This document shows positions 15,889 through 24,811 of a stretch of 64,000 bases of DNA, piece after piece. Position numbers and translations under genes: made by a program. The DNA comes from an uncultured Candidatus Saccharibacteria bacterium (GTDB lineage Bacteria > Patescibacteriota > Saccharimonadia > Saccharimonadales > UBA10212). Under the pieces are notes generated by a model. The model had not been told where the DNA came from and made no database searches. It worked only from the letters and a program-made list of their open reading frames with translations. Each line of letters starts with the position of its first letter. Positions within the stretch are counted from its first letter, which is position 1. The stretch spans positions 29,067-93,066 of the forward strand of contig CAYUUT010000001.1 in NCBI GenBank assembly GCA_964448095.1, in the 5' to 3' direction.

Positions 15889-16590
15889 TTAGTGTGTTTC
15901 TAGGCGCGGTTTGTGTTTGCGGATTTCTTTGCGCAGGCCTTTGGCATTTGGCAAGCTATGTTCAAATTCCCGCCAAAAAGCCTGGCCATGATTAAGCTGG
16001 CGGGTGTGCGCCAGCTCGTGTAGCAGGACATAATCAATTAAGGGCCACGGCAGTTGGATTAGAAAATAACTGAGGCTAATAACCTTATCCTGCGAGCAGC
16101 TGCCCCAGCGCGAAGTCAGCTTGCGGACCCGCACGGCCTTATAGCTGTAGCCGTATTGGCGGGCCAGCGCGTCCAGGCGCTGGGGCAGCAGGTGCGTAGC
16201 TTCAGCCCGCAGGGCGCGCTCAGCGGCCTGGGCGGCCTTAACCTGGACTTCCGGGCTGTCAAAAGCCAGGCCGCTCGAAACTTCGACTGACGCGGCCGAA
16301 ACGCGGGTCTTGATTGAAGTATCGTTGGTTTTTATAAAACGCAGCCGATGAGCCTTGCCGACTAACGTTCCATCTATCAACAGGATTGGTTGGTGCCCCT
16401 GCAAGTGCTTATTAATCCAGTCCGCCCGGCTTTTGGCAAAACTAATGCCGGCGGCATAGGGCGTCCAAGCCGGCATGCTGACGCGCACTTCGCCTTTGGC
16501 AGTCACGCTCAAGCGCAAGTTTCGAGCGCCGCGTTTTTTAGCCAATGTAACCTGGCCGATTTCCGGGATTACCACCCGCCTCTGGGGCAT
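15889..16590 (-). CDS. DUF45/YgjP-like zinc metallohydrolase
   Basis: SRWGSCS and the HExxH motif in YVLLHELAHTRQLNHGQAFW are typical of the YgjP/M48-like family. Confidence 0.7.
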   Translation of the reverse strand: MPQRRVVIPEIGQVTLAKKRGARNLRLSVTAKGEVRVSMPAWTPYAAGISFAKSRADWINKHLQGHQPILLIDGTLVGKAHRLRFIKTNDTSIKTRVSAASVEVSSGLAFDSPEVQVKAAQAAERALRAEATHLLPQRLDALARQYGYSYKAVRVRKLTSRWGSCSQDKVISLSYFLIQLPWPLIDYVLLHELAHTRQLNHGQAFWREFEHSLPNAKGLRKEIRKHKPRLETH

Positions 16591-16594
16591 CAGC

Positions 16595-17254
16595 TTAACC
16601 GACGTTAATGTTGCGGCGACTTAGATCTACTCGACCAGCCTGTGGATTTGGCACCAGGTTGATTAGCCCGGGTGCGGCAATCTGACTTTGGACAGTCAAG
16701 CTGTCAATCAGACCGAGCTGGTAGAAACGGTTGAGTATGGCGCCCTTTTGGGTAATAAAATTGTGTTTGCCGCTAATGACTATGTACTCCTCGCGCTGGG
16801 GGTTTTGCATGAAAGACAGTTGTTTATCGAAGCTGAGTTGGCTTTGCGGCTCGGCAAATTTATCATCGGTTGTTCGGCGGTCGCGGTTTTGGGTGCGCGC
16901 AAAGGCCGTTTCGGCATCGACTTGCAGCCAGATCATCAAGCTATGCGCCCGGTGTTGAGCCGCCAGCTCACGCAGCGCCCGGCGCTGGGTCAAACGCATG
17001 GCATTGGCGTCGTAGATCACGCCCACCCCGGTGTTTAAGAACTCTTGGGTCATGTAGTTCATCAGATGGGCTACAATGGCGTCTTCTTGTTGATCAAAGC
17101 GCGGGTGCTCAAACAGCTCGCTACGCACTCTATCGGCGCTGACATGGGCTATCTGGACGGCTTCCGCCAGTTGACGTGACACATAGCTTTTACCGGAGCC
17201 CGGAAAGCCATAGAGCATAACTAAAACCGGTTTATTGAGGACGATTTTACTCAT
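16595..17254 (-). CDS. P-loop kinase-like ATPase (AAA_33 / zeta-toxin-like fold)
   Basis: Walker A motif LYGFPGSGKSY. Size and layout match small nucleotide/polynucleotide kinase-like proteins. Confidence 0.55.
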   Translation of the reverse strand: MSKIVLNKPVLVMLYGFPGSGKSYVSRQLAEAVQIAHVSADRVRSELFEHPRFDQQEDAIVAHLMNYMTQEFLNTGVGVIYDANAMRLTQRRALRELAAQHRAHSLMIWLQVDAETAFARTQNRDRRTTDDKFAEPQSQLSFDKQLSFMQNPQREEYIVISGKHNFITQKGAILNRFYQLGLIDSLTVQSQIAAPGLINLVPNPQAGRVDLSRRNINVG

Positions 17255-17362
17255 CTATTTAATCCTATCAGCTCTGTATGTCTAGATAAAGCGCTAGTGT
17301 TTCATTATTTTTAGGGGTCCCCGCAAAATTTATTTTGTGTGGGAAGGAGGAGTAACGCGAGG

Positions 17363-17407
17363 CCCCGCATCAACTTCGGCTACTTGATTGCCGAAGTTGA
17401 TGCGGGG
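17363..17407. repeat. perfect 18-bp inverted repeat (9-nt loop) downstream of tRNA-Trp
   Basis: CCCCGCATCAACTTCGGC-TACTTGATT-GCCGAAGTTGATGCGGGG. No U-run follows on either strand. Confidence 0.85.
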
Positions 17408-17425
17408 CTGGAGTTAATGACGACG

Positions 17426-17500
17426 TGGCAGGGGCACGTGGAATCGAACCACGATCTAAGGTTTTGGAGACCTTTATACTAACCGTTGTACTATGCCCCT
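17426..17500 (-). tRNA. trnW: tRNA-Trp (anticodon CCA), 3' CCA encoded
   Basis: The cloverleaf can be read by hand: acceptor AGGGGCA/TGCCCCT, anticodon arm AAGGT-CTCCAAA-ACCTT, and T arm CGTGG-TTCGATT-CCACG. Confidence 0.9.
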
Positions 17501-17606
17501 ATCAAACTAGCCGGACTTAGGCACTCCGGCTAGACAATTGTACCAAAAAACACCTTAGCCACGATAGTGGCGCTTCATCTGAAAAAAGTTACAAAAAACG
17601 CTTGTG

Positions 17607-17635
17607 TTTACACCGTGTAACCCTTATACTTATAA
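17607..17635 (+). promoter_or_regulatory. candidate promoter for the GT/GH57/GH15 operon
   Basis: TTTACA-N17-TTATAA, about 40 nt upstream of the ATG at 17678. Confidence 0.4.
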
Positions 17636-17677
17636 CGAAAAGGAAATAAAAACCGGAAACGGAGCTCGAAAAGTACA

Positions 17678-18913
17678 ATGAAAGTTCTGATGATAGGTCT
17701 AGAACTGCCACCCGATAACAGCGGCGGTTTAGGTGTAGCATGTTATCAACTCTGTAAGTCGCTGTCCAAAAACGGCGCGGACATTGACTTTATACTGCCC
17801 TACGAACCCAAACATAAATATGACTTCATGAACGTTGTTTCCAGCAGCAAAATCACTAATAAATTTCTGGACGGCAAGATCAACACAATAGCCGGCTCGG
17901 CGACTTTGAGCACTTACGACAGTCATCTATTTAATTCAGCGCCATACCGCCGCGGTTGGCTAAACATCTCGGCTGAACCCCAGGACAATTACGAGGCAGC
18001 TGTCGATGTCATGACAGCGAAAAACGTTTATGATGTAATTCACGCTCACGACTGGATGACTTTTAGGGCGGCTTTGCGCGCCAAGCAGAAGGCTAACTGT
18101 CCGCTGATTGTGCACGTGCATTCCATCGAACGCGACCGTTCGGCCGGCTTGGAAGGCAACCCAATGGTGCGGGAGATAGAAGCTCTGACCTTTATGCTGG
18201 CCGATAAAATTATCGCCGTTAGCCAGCGTACTAAAGATATGATTAGCGAAGATTACTTTATTCCAGCCAGCAAAATTGACGTCTTACATAACTCCTTAGA
18301 TCTTGATGATGCTATTCCTCTGAGCGGCGAAAATGCTTATTTCTTCCTTTCCGAGATGAAAAAGCTCGGCTGGAAGGTTGTAACTAGTGCCGGGCGTACA
18401 ACCGGACAGAAGGGCCTGCCCAACTTTATGCACGCCGCTCAGGCAGTGGTCCACAAGCTGCCTAAAACTATCTTTTTGTTCGTCGGCTCCGGCGAACAGC
18501 TGCACGAGCTGATGGAACTTTCGGCAGATTTGGGTATCGCCAAAAATGTCATTTTCACCGGTTTCCAAAGGGGTAAAAATTGGCGTGACGCCTTTGCCAT
18601 CGCCGATCTGTTTGTCATGCCCTCGATATCCGAGCCTTTTGGCTTGACGCCATTTGAGGCCGTTGGCTACGGCACGCCGGCAATGATTAGCAAACAGTCG
18701 GGCATTAGCGAAGTCTTTGCTAACTGCTTGAAAATCGACTTCTGGGACATTAATGAGATGGCCAATCAGATAGCCTCGGTCTTAAGCTATGACAGCCTGC
18801 GCGATGAACTGCACGCTAATTCCTGGCAAGAATACGCCAAGCTCAGCTGGGATTCGGCGGCGATTAAGCTCCTGGGCACTTACGAGCGGCAAATGGCGGT
18901 AAACCATGGCTGA
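17678..18913 (+). CDS. GT-B glycosyltransferase, glycogen-synthase-like
   Basis: KVLMIGLELPP..SGGLGV at the N-terminus and PSISEPFGLTPFEAVGYGTP (E-x7-E). The gene is followed by GH57 and GH15 genes. Confidence 0.75.
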   Translation: MKVLMIGLELPPDNSGGLGVACYQLCKSLSKNGADIDFILPYEPKHKYDFMNVVSSSKITNKFLDGKINTIAGSATLSTYDSHLFNSAPYRRGWLNISAEPQDNYEAAVDVMTAKNVYDVIHAHDWMTFRAALRAKQKANCPLIVHVHSIERDRSAGLEGNPMVREIEALTFMLADKIIAVSQRTKDMISEDYFIPASKIDVLHNSLDLDDAIPLSGENAYFFLSEMKKLGWKVVTSAGRTTGQKGLPNFMHAAQAVVHKLPKTIFLFVGSGEQLHELMELSADLGIAKNVIFTGFQRGKNWRDAFAIADLFVMPSISEPFGLTPFEAVGYGTPAMISKQSGISEVFANCLKIDFWDINEMANQIASVLSYDSLRDELHANSWQEYAKLSWDSAAIKLLGTYERQMAVNHG

Positions 18914-20117
18914 ACGCTCAATAGTCTTTTATCTGCACGTCCACCAGCCGCACCGGCTCAAGCACTACACCATTTTTGATGTCGGCAAAGACCATAATTA
19001 TTTCGATACGCCCGAGGACGATAAAAACTCCAACCAGGCGGTTATGCATAAGGTGGCCCAGAAATCATACATACCGACTAACGCCAAACTTTTGGAGCTG
19101 TTAGAGCAACATCCCGAATTTAAGCTCAGCCTGTCTATAACCGGTACCGTGCTGGAACAGCTGGAAGAGCTGGCCCCGGATGCCCTGGATTCTTTCAAAA
19201 AACTGGTGGATACCGGCCGCGTAGAAATTGTTGGCGAGACTTTCCACCACAGCCTGGCCTTTTTCTACAATCGGGAAGAATTTGAAACCCAGGTCAATAT
19301 GCATAAGGAAAAGATTGAAGAATTGTTTGGCGTTACGCCCACGGCCTTCCGCAACACCGAACTGGCCTATAACAACGAATTGGGCAAATGGGCTGACGAG
19401 AACGGTTACAAAGCTGTCCTGGCCGAAGGCTGGGATAAAGTCCTGGGCTGGCGCAGTCCGAATTTTGTCTACAAGCCGCCGGGCGCCCAAAACGTTAAGC
19501 TGCTGCTAAAAAACTATAAACTCAGCGACGATATCGCCTTCCGTTTTGGCCGCCGGGACTGGGAAGAATGGCCGCTAACCGCCGATAAATTCGCCCACTG
19601 GCTCAATAACAGCGGTGACGCCACCAATTTTGACCTCTTTATGGATTACGAAACCTTTGGTGAGCACCAGTGGGAAGATACCGGTATTTTCAACTTCCTG
19701 CATCATCTGCCTGAGGAGTGGCTCAAAACCGAAGGCAACAACTTCGCAACCATCAGCGAAATAGCCGATAAATATCCGGCCAGTGACGAAGTCGACGTGC
19801 CGCACACCATCACTTGGGCCGATACCGAGCGCGACCTGTCGGCGTGGCTGGGCAACGGCATGCAACAGCAAGCCATCGACAACCTCTATGAACTTAGCAA
19901 AGCTATGAACGAAAGCAGTGACTGGGACTTGATAGAGGACTGGCGCCGCCTGCAAACCAGCGACCATTTCTACTACATGTGCACTAAGTGGTTCAGCGAT
20001 GGCGACGTCCACGCCTATTTCAGCCCCTACCAGTCGCCCTACGAGGCTTTTATTAACTTTATGAACTGCTACCAGGATTTGCAGCTGCGGCTGCTCCAGA
20101 AAGACGAAGGGACTTAG
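18906..20117 (+). CDS. glycoside hydrolase family 57 (alpha-amylase/branching-enzyme type)
   Basis: IVFYLHVHQPHR and FMDYETFGEHQW are GH57-type motifs. The gene overlaps the upstream GT gene by 8 nt. Confidence 0.75.
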   Translation: MAERSIVFYLHVHQPHRLKHYTIFDVGKDHNYFDTPEDDKNSNQAVMHKVAQKSYIPTNAKLLELLEQHPEFKLSLSITGTVLEQLEELAPDALDSFKKLVDTGRVEIVGETFHHSLAFFYNREEFETQVNMHKEKIEELFGVTPTAFRNTELAYNNELGKWADENGYKAVLAEGWDKVLGWRSPNFVYKPPGAQNVKLLLKNYKLSDDIAFRFGRRDWEEWPLTADKFAHWLNNSGDATNFDLFMDYETFGEHQWEDTGIFNFLHHLPEEWLKTEGNNFATISEIADKYPASDEVDVPHTITWADTERDLSAWLGNGMQQQAIDNLYELSKAMNESSDWDLIEDWRRLQTSDHFYYMCTKWFSDGDVHAYFSPYQSPYEAFINFMNCYQDLQLRLLQKDEGT

Positions 20118-20121
20118 GGCT

Positions 20122-22059
20122 ATGGGCCGGGTGGTGATGCTGGGCAATGGCGAGCTACTGGTCGGCCTTAATGAATTCGGCCTGGTCCACGACTTTTACT
20201 TCCCTTATGTCGGCGAAGACAACCTGACGAACGCCCGAAGTCTGCAGCATTTAATCGGCGTCTGGGTAGATAATCGCTTTTCCTGGCTGGATGATAACAC
20301 CTGGAAGATAAACGTCGATTTTGAAAGCGAAGCCTTGATAAGTAAAATCAGCGCCGAAAATGCTGATTTAGGCGTCCGGCTAGAGTTTGCCGATTTTGTC
20401 GATTCGGAATTTACGGCTTTTTGCCGCCGCATCAAGGTCAAGAATCTTAAAGACGACCGGCGCGAAATCCGGATATTCATGCACCAGGTTTTCCAGATTT
20501 CACAGCGCGGCCGAGCCGACACCGTCCTATATGTCCCTGAGGGCAATTACCTATACGACTACAAAGGTACCTGCTCCTTGCTGATTAGCGCCCGCACCAG
20601 CGCCGGCCAGCCTTTTGACCAATTCTCGCTGGGTAATTTCGGCATAGAAGGCAAAGAAGGCACTTATAAGGACGCCGAGGACGGCAACCTGGACGGCAAC
20701 CTGGTCGAACACGGCAGCGTGGACTCGGTTGTCCGGTCTTCGCTTTTATTAGACGGCGGCGCCGAAGATTACGTTGATTACTGGGTGATAGCCGCCTTTT
20801 CGCAAATAGAGGCCGAGGATATTCACAATGAGCTAGCCCAGCAGGGCCTGCACGGACGCCTCGACCACACCAGAGCCTACTGGCACGATTGGCTGGAACC
20901 AGCTAAAGCCAAAACCGAATCGATTGCCGAAAGCCGGCGTGATATTTACAAAAAGTCGCTATTGGTAGTCAAAGCCCACATAGACAAACGCGGCGCCATA
21001 ATCGCCAGCGGTGATTCCTCTATCTATAACTACGGCCGGGATTATTACAGTTACGTTTGGCCGCGGGACGGCGCGCTGACCATGCTAACCATGATGCGGG
21101 CCGGCTTTTTTGAGGAGCCCAAGCGCTTTTTGCAGTTCTGCGCCGATACTATGCACCCCAAAGGCTATATGATGCATAAATACCAGCCTGACCGTTCGAT
21201 TGGCAGTACCTGGCACCCATTAATGCACCGCCACCATCCGGAACTGGCTATCCAGGAAGACGAAACCGCTTTAGTGATTATTGCCTTGGCCGAATATTAT
21301 CGTCAAACAGAGGACAAGGAGTTTCTAAACTCGGTTTACCCCGGTTTAGTGTTGCGGGCCGGTAATTTTATGGCCCGTTTTATTGATGAGCAAACCAATC
21401 TGCCCCATGCCAGCTATGACCTCTGGGAGGAGCGCTTTGGAACCCACACCTTTACGGCAGTAGTGTCCAAGCGGGCTCTGGAGGACGCCGCTTATCTGGC
21501 AGACAGTCTCAAGCACGCCGAGAGCGCCCAGGAGTGGCGCCAGGCCGCTGAACGCATTGGTAAAGCTCTGGATCAATTGTATAGCCCAGATACTAAGTGT
21601 TACCGCAAGGGCCAGTACTTAAATAGCGATGGGCAGATAGAAAATAACGACACGGTTGATGTTTCCAGCCTGCTGGCATTTTTGGAATTCTATCCCGACA
21701 AGCTAGCCGATGACAAGATCAAACAAAGCGCCGAAACCATCGAGAAGCGGCTATTTAACAGTAGTCCGGCCGGCGGAGTTGTCCGTTACGAACACGACAA
21801 TTACTTCTTAGCTCATCCGGAGTACATCGGTAATCCCTGGATAATCTGCAGCTTTTGGCTGGCCCAGTACTATCTCAAAAATGACCAGCGCGATAAGGCC
21901 GAAGAGTTGATAGAATGGTGCCTCTCAACCGCCACTCCCAGCGGTATATTATCCGAGCAAGTCGACCCCTTGAACCGCCAACAAGTCGGTGTCTCGCCTC
22001 TGGTTTGGAGCCATGCGGAAGTTATAAATTCGTTATTAGCTTTTTATCAAACAAGTTAA
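20122..22059 (+). CDS. glycoside hydrolase family 15 (glucoamylase/glucodextranase-like), full length with N-terminal domain
   Basis: [12 protein letters not shown] and [15 protein letters not shown]. Size is 645 aa. Confidence 0.8.
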   Translation: MGRVVMLGNGELLVGLNEFGLVHDFYFPYVGEDNLTNARSLQHLIGVWVDNRFSWLDDNTWKINVDFESEALISKISAENADLGVRLEFADFVDSEFTAFCRRIKVKNLKDDRREIRIFMHQVFQISQRGRADTVLYVPEGNYLYDYKGTCSLLISARTSAGQPFDQFSLGNFGIEGKEGTYKDAEDGNLDGNLVEHGSVDSVVRSSLLLDGGAEDYVDYWVIAAFSQIEAEDIHNELAQQGLHGRLDHTRAYWHDWLEPAKAKTESIAESRRDIYKKSLLVVKAHIDKRGAIIASGDSSIYNYGRDYYSYVWPRDGALTMLTMMRAGFFEEPKRFLQFCADTMHPKGYMMHKYQPDRSIGSTWHPLMHRHHPELAIQEDETALVIIALAEYYRQTEDKEFLNSVYPGLVLRAGNFMARFIDEQTNLPHASYDLWEERFGTHTFTAVVSKRALEDAAYLADSLKHAESAQEWRQAAERIGKALDQLYSPDTKCYRKGQYLNSDGQIENNDTVDVSSLLAFLEFYPDKLADDKIKQSAETIEKRLFNSSPAGGVVRYEHDNYFLAHPEYIGNPWIICSFWLAQYYLKNDQRDKAEELIEWCLSTATPSGILSEQVDPLNRQQVGVSPLVWSHAEVINSLLAFYQTS

Positions 22060-22259
22060 CGTCTTGGTTTGACTTCGTTGCGGCCTAAGTTCTTCTTGGT
22101 TTCGACTTGCTTAGCCTGGATGCGTTTTACCGGGCAATATTTCATAAGTTCCACTTTGTCAGGAGTGTTCAAGGTATTTTTGGTGGTGTAATAATGGCGC
22201 TGCTTGCAAGCCTCGCAGATTAGACCAATCAATTTTCGCTTATCGCCTTTTTTAGCCAT
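22056..22259 (-). CDS. rpmG: 50S ribosomal protein bL33
   Basis: [46 protein letters not shown]. The first CxxC is retained and the second is reduced to a single Cys. Confidence 0.85.
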   Translation of the reverse strand: MAKKGDKRKLIGLICEACKQRHYYTTKNTLNTPDKVELMKYCPVKRIQAKQVETKKNLGRNEVKPRR

Positions 22260-22369
22260 ATCAACCTGTAACTTTAACAGATTAGATTCCGATTTTCAAT
22301 AACAAACTGCAGCCAGCCAATTCGGCAAAATCCTGAATTTTTGTCGAATTGAGAGGAGCAACAATGGAG

Positions 22370-22415
22370 GCCCTGCCCAATTTGTGCCACTTGATCGCGC
22401 AAATTGAGGCAGGGC
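22370..22415. repeat. long imperfect inverted repeat between tRNA-Thr(GGT) and rpmG
   Basis: GCCCTGCCCAATTTG ... CAAATTGAGGCAGGGC gives about 15 bp with one bulge and a roughly 15-nt loop. No U-run follows. Confidence 0.7.
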
Positions 22416-22433
22416 TGGAATTAGTTGCGACGA

Positions 22434-22508
22434 TGGAGCCGTGACCGGGACTTGAACCCGGGACCCCCTCCTTACCATGGAGGTGCTCTACCACTGAGCT
22501 ATCACGGC
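22434..22508 (-). tRNA. trnT: tRNA-Thr (anticodon GGT), 3' CCA encoded
   Basis: Acceptor GCCGTGA/TCACGGC, D arm GCTC-AGTGGTA-GAGC, anticodon arm CCTCC-ATGGTAA-GGAGG, and T arm CCGGG-TTCAAGT-CCCGG. Confidence 0.9.
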
Positions 22509-22553
22509 ATTAACACCTTATTATTCTACAAGATACGCACTAATGATTAAAGC

Positions 22554-23576
22554 CTAAGCGGCCTGAGCAATAACTTCTTGGATTTTGCCTAGTGCTTCTT
22601 GAATGGTCTTGGCTTCTACCTTGCCGCCGGCGGATGATTTATGACCGCCGCCACTTAGCGCTCTTGCCAGTTTAGAAACGTCTTGCGAGCCCCTAGCCGC
22701 CCTAAATGATATTGAGTATATATTCTCGCCCTCTAAGGAGTTGAGATACGCTATAAAGCCCTTGTCCCTGCCGTCTATATTGCGGATGTAGTTGTCTATA
22801 AAGATCTTGTTAGCCCGCTGTAAGGACGCCTGGGGTTTGCCGGATTTTTGCCAGTTATCTACAAATTCGTCGCCGAGATAACTGTAAGTAAAGTCCTTAA
22901 AGTGCGATAGGTTTTTTGCCAGCTCGCTGACAACTTGCATCTGGTCTTCGCTAAACTGGTTAAGCTGGTATTTTAGGGCCTCTACGGTCGCCCCCTCGCG
23001 CACCAGCTTAGCCGCCAGCTCCAGAGCGTCAGCGTTAGAGACATCGACATAGGTAAACCCACCGGTATCACCGTACAGGCCGGTCATCGCAACCTGTGCT
23101 GAGTCGTCGGGCTTTTTAAAATTTAGCTGCGAAAAGATAAGCCCGTATATCTCTTGGACCGAGGCTGATTTTATGGAGTTTATGTACAAATCGGACTCAT
23201 CCCTGCCTTCGGGTTCATGGTGGTCAATAATAACCACTTTGACCTGGTTCAGTTTGATATATTCACGGAGTTTTTCACCACCCTTCCGGCTTGCCCGGCT
23301 AAAATTGGCAACGTCGACCAAAATAAAAAGATCAGGCTTTAGCTCAACAATAGCTTCATCTAGAGGTGCGAACTTAATCTGGTTGTAGCCGCTTATAAAA
23401 CTGAGGGCGTCGGGCTCCTCCTCTAAAATCATCTCGATACTCTTGCCAGGAAAGTTTAATTTAAGAGCTCCGCTGAGCAAAAGCGTGGATGCCACGGCGT
23501 CCGGGTCCGGCGAGATATGCGAAGTCACCAGAATCTTGTTTGACTGCTGCAGTAAATCTTTAAATTTATCAATCAC
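22554..23576 (-). CDS. nrnA: DHH-family phosphoesterase (NrnA-like oligoribonuclease/pAp phosphatase)
   Basis: VTSHISPDPDAVAS, VVIIDHHEP and the DHHA1 motif GGGHKSSAGG. Confidence 0.8.
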   Translation of the reverse strand: MIDKFKDLLQQSNKILVTSHISPDPDAVASTLLLSGALKLNFPGKSIEMILEEEPDALSFISGYNQIKFAPLDEAIVELKPDLFILVDVANFSRASRKGGEKLREYIKLNQVKVVIIDHHEPEGRDESDLYINSIKSASVQEIYGLIFSQLNFKKPDDSAQVAMTGLYGDTGGFTYVDVSNADALELAAKLVREGATVEALKYQLNQFSEDQMQVVSELAKNLSHFKDFTYSYLGDEFVDNWQKSGKPQASLQRANKIFIDNYIRNIDGRDKGFIAYLNSLEGENIYSISFRAARGSQDVSKLARALSGGGHKSSAGGKVEAKTIQEALGKIQEVIAQAA

Positions 23577-23837
23577 TAAAACTGATACTACACAGTTAGA
23601 AGACCTTGGGCAAGATTCATCGAACCTCTAGCTTCCCGGATTTGGATCACATGGTTTTATCAATAAGACTAGGCTTGGGATCAAAGATGTTGTGATGCTT
23701 ATCACATACGATGGAGAAGCAGCGTAATATACTTATCCTTAGCTAGTCGAGATGACTAGGTGCGCTATTTAAGGAGAGCCTTGCTCAGACGGTATAACTA
23801 AGTACGGCATTAGAAATTACAAACTAAACTTAAGCAA

Positions 23838-23866
23838 TTGACGGGAATTTAGCAAAACCCTACAAT
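23838..23866 (+). promoter_or_regulatory. sigma70-type promoter for the DUF3494-sortase pair
   Basis: TTGACG-N17-TACAAT, about 33 nt upstream of the ATG at 23900. Confidence 0.55.
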
Positions 23867-23899
23867 GACCTTGACAACTTAAGACGAGAATGATGATAT

Positions 23900-24793
23900 A
23901 TGAATAAGCTTAATCTACGTTCAATAATAACAATTGTGGTTTCCGCTGCCTTTGTGTTTGGTCTACTTGCACCGGTCGACGCGTTCGCTGCAACTTCACC
24001 CATACTGGCTGGGTCAGCAGGCTACTCTGTTCTGGGCGGCGCGGGAGTGACTTGTACTGGGCCGACCACCACCACTGGAGCCGTCGGTGTCAGTCCGGGC
24101 AGCTCTATTACCGGTTTTCCCAGTCCATGTACTGCCGGGGGCGGCACACATTCCAATGATGCCAGCGCTATAGCGGCCCAAGCTGATACCCTCACCACTT
24201 TCGGCGCTCTCGACCAAACCTGCGATCACAGCTACGGCGCACAGGATTTAACTTTACTCTCTCCTCTTGGGCCGGGTGTCTATTGCTCCACTAGCGGCTT
24301 CACACTGAGCGGAAACCTAACCCTCACCGGGTCAGGCGTCTGGATTTTCAAGACTGTGTCGACGCTCATTACCTCGCCTGGCTCATCCGTTACCGGTGGC
24401 GATCCTTGTAACATATGGTGGAGGATTGGCAGCTCCGCGACTCTTGCTACGACCACTTCGTTCATAGGTAATATTTTTCCACTTAATGGTGTCACCGCCC
24501 TGCAAACCGGCGCAACCTTAAACGGTCGGGTCTTGGCGCAGTCTGCTGGTACGGTAACCTTGGCCTCCAACACTATCAGTGGCCCCACCTGTGCCACAAC
24601 CGGTTCTTCTGGCGGCAGTGGTAGCGGCAGTGGTAGTGGTAGCACTCCCTCCTCGACCACCACTCCAGGTGCACCCGATACGGGTTTGGGGGTATATTCG
24701 ACAAATCCTTGGCATGGCCTTGCGACCTACGGTCTTGGAGCAATGGGTCTTTTGGCTTTAGCCTTCGTAGCAAGACGAACTGCCAAGAAATAA
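23900..24793 (+). CDS. secreted DUF3494 (ice-binding-like beta-helix) protein with a C-terminal cell-wall sorting-type signal
   Basis: Signal peptide, then LAGSAGYSVLGGAGVTCTGPTTTTGAVGVSPGSSITGFP, which is typical of DUF3494. A GS linker is followed by GAPDTG, a hydrophobic helix and RRTAKK. Confidence 0.75.
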   Translation: MNKLNLRSIITIVVSAAFVFGLLAPVDAFAATSPILAGSAGYSVLGGAGVTCTGPTTTTGAVGVSPGSSITGFPSPCTAGGGTHSNDASAIAAQADTLTTFGALDQTCDHSYGAQDLTLLSPLGPGVYCSTSGFTLSGNLTLTGSGVWIFKTVSTLITSPGSSVTGGDPCNIWWRIGSSATLATTTSFIGNIFPLNGVTALQTGATLNGRVLAQSAGTVTLASNTISGPTCATTGSSGGSGSGSGSGSTPSSTTTPGAPDTGLGVYSTNPWHGLATYGLGAMGLLALAFVARRTAKK

Positions 24794-24811
24794 CAATAGA
24801 GTAGAGATTTT

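Noticed and set aside
19575-20147. 190-aa minus-strand ORF inside the GH57 gene, and the 153-aa plus-strand ORF at 50146-50607 inside the second FabD-like gene
   Set aside because: The opposite-strand frames carry clear family motifs (GH57 and the acyltransferase fold). These are shadow ORFs.
22282-22494. ORFs of 60-70 aa overlapping tRNA-Thr(GGT), and likewise 25506-25688 and 25592-25777 overlapping tRNA-Tyr and tRNA-Thr(TGT)
   Set aside because: The sequence folds into canonical tRNA cloverleaves. The ORFs are read-through artefacts.
24596-24645. Short tandem repeats (GGCAGTGGTAGC-type here, and GGCCTTGGG-type at about 39925-39990 and 6780-6860) considered as possible CRISPR or satellite arrays
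   Set aside because: They lie in frame inside genes and encode GS linkers or K/A/E/P tails. There is no repeat-spacer architecture, and no CRISPR array is present in the window.
24014-24773. Several antisense or alternative-frame ORFs (60-127 aa) inside the DUF3494 gene
   Set aside because: They are Gly/Pro/Thr-rich shadow frames of a repeat-rich secreted protein gene. The plus-strand frame has a signal peptide, a domain signature and a sorting signal.
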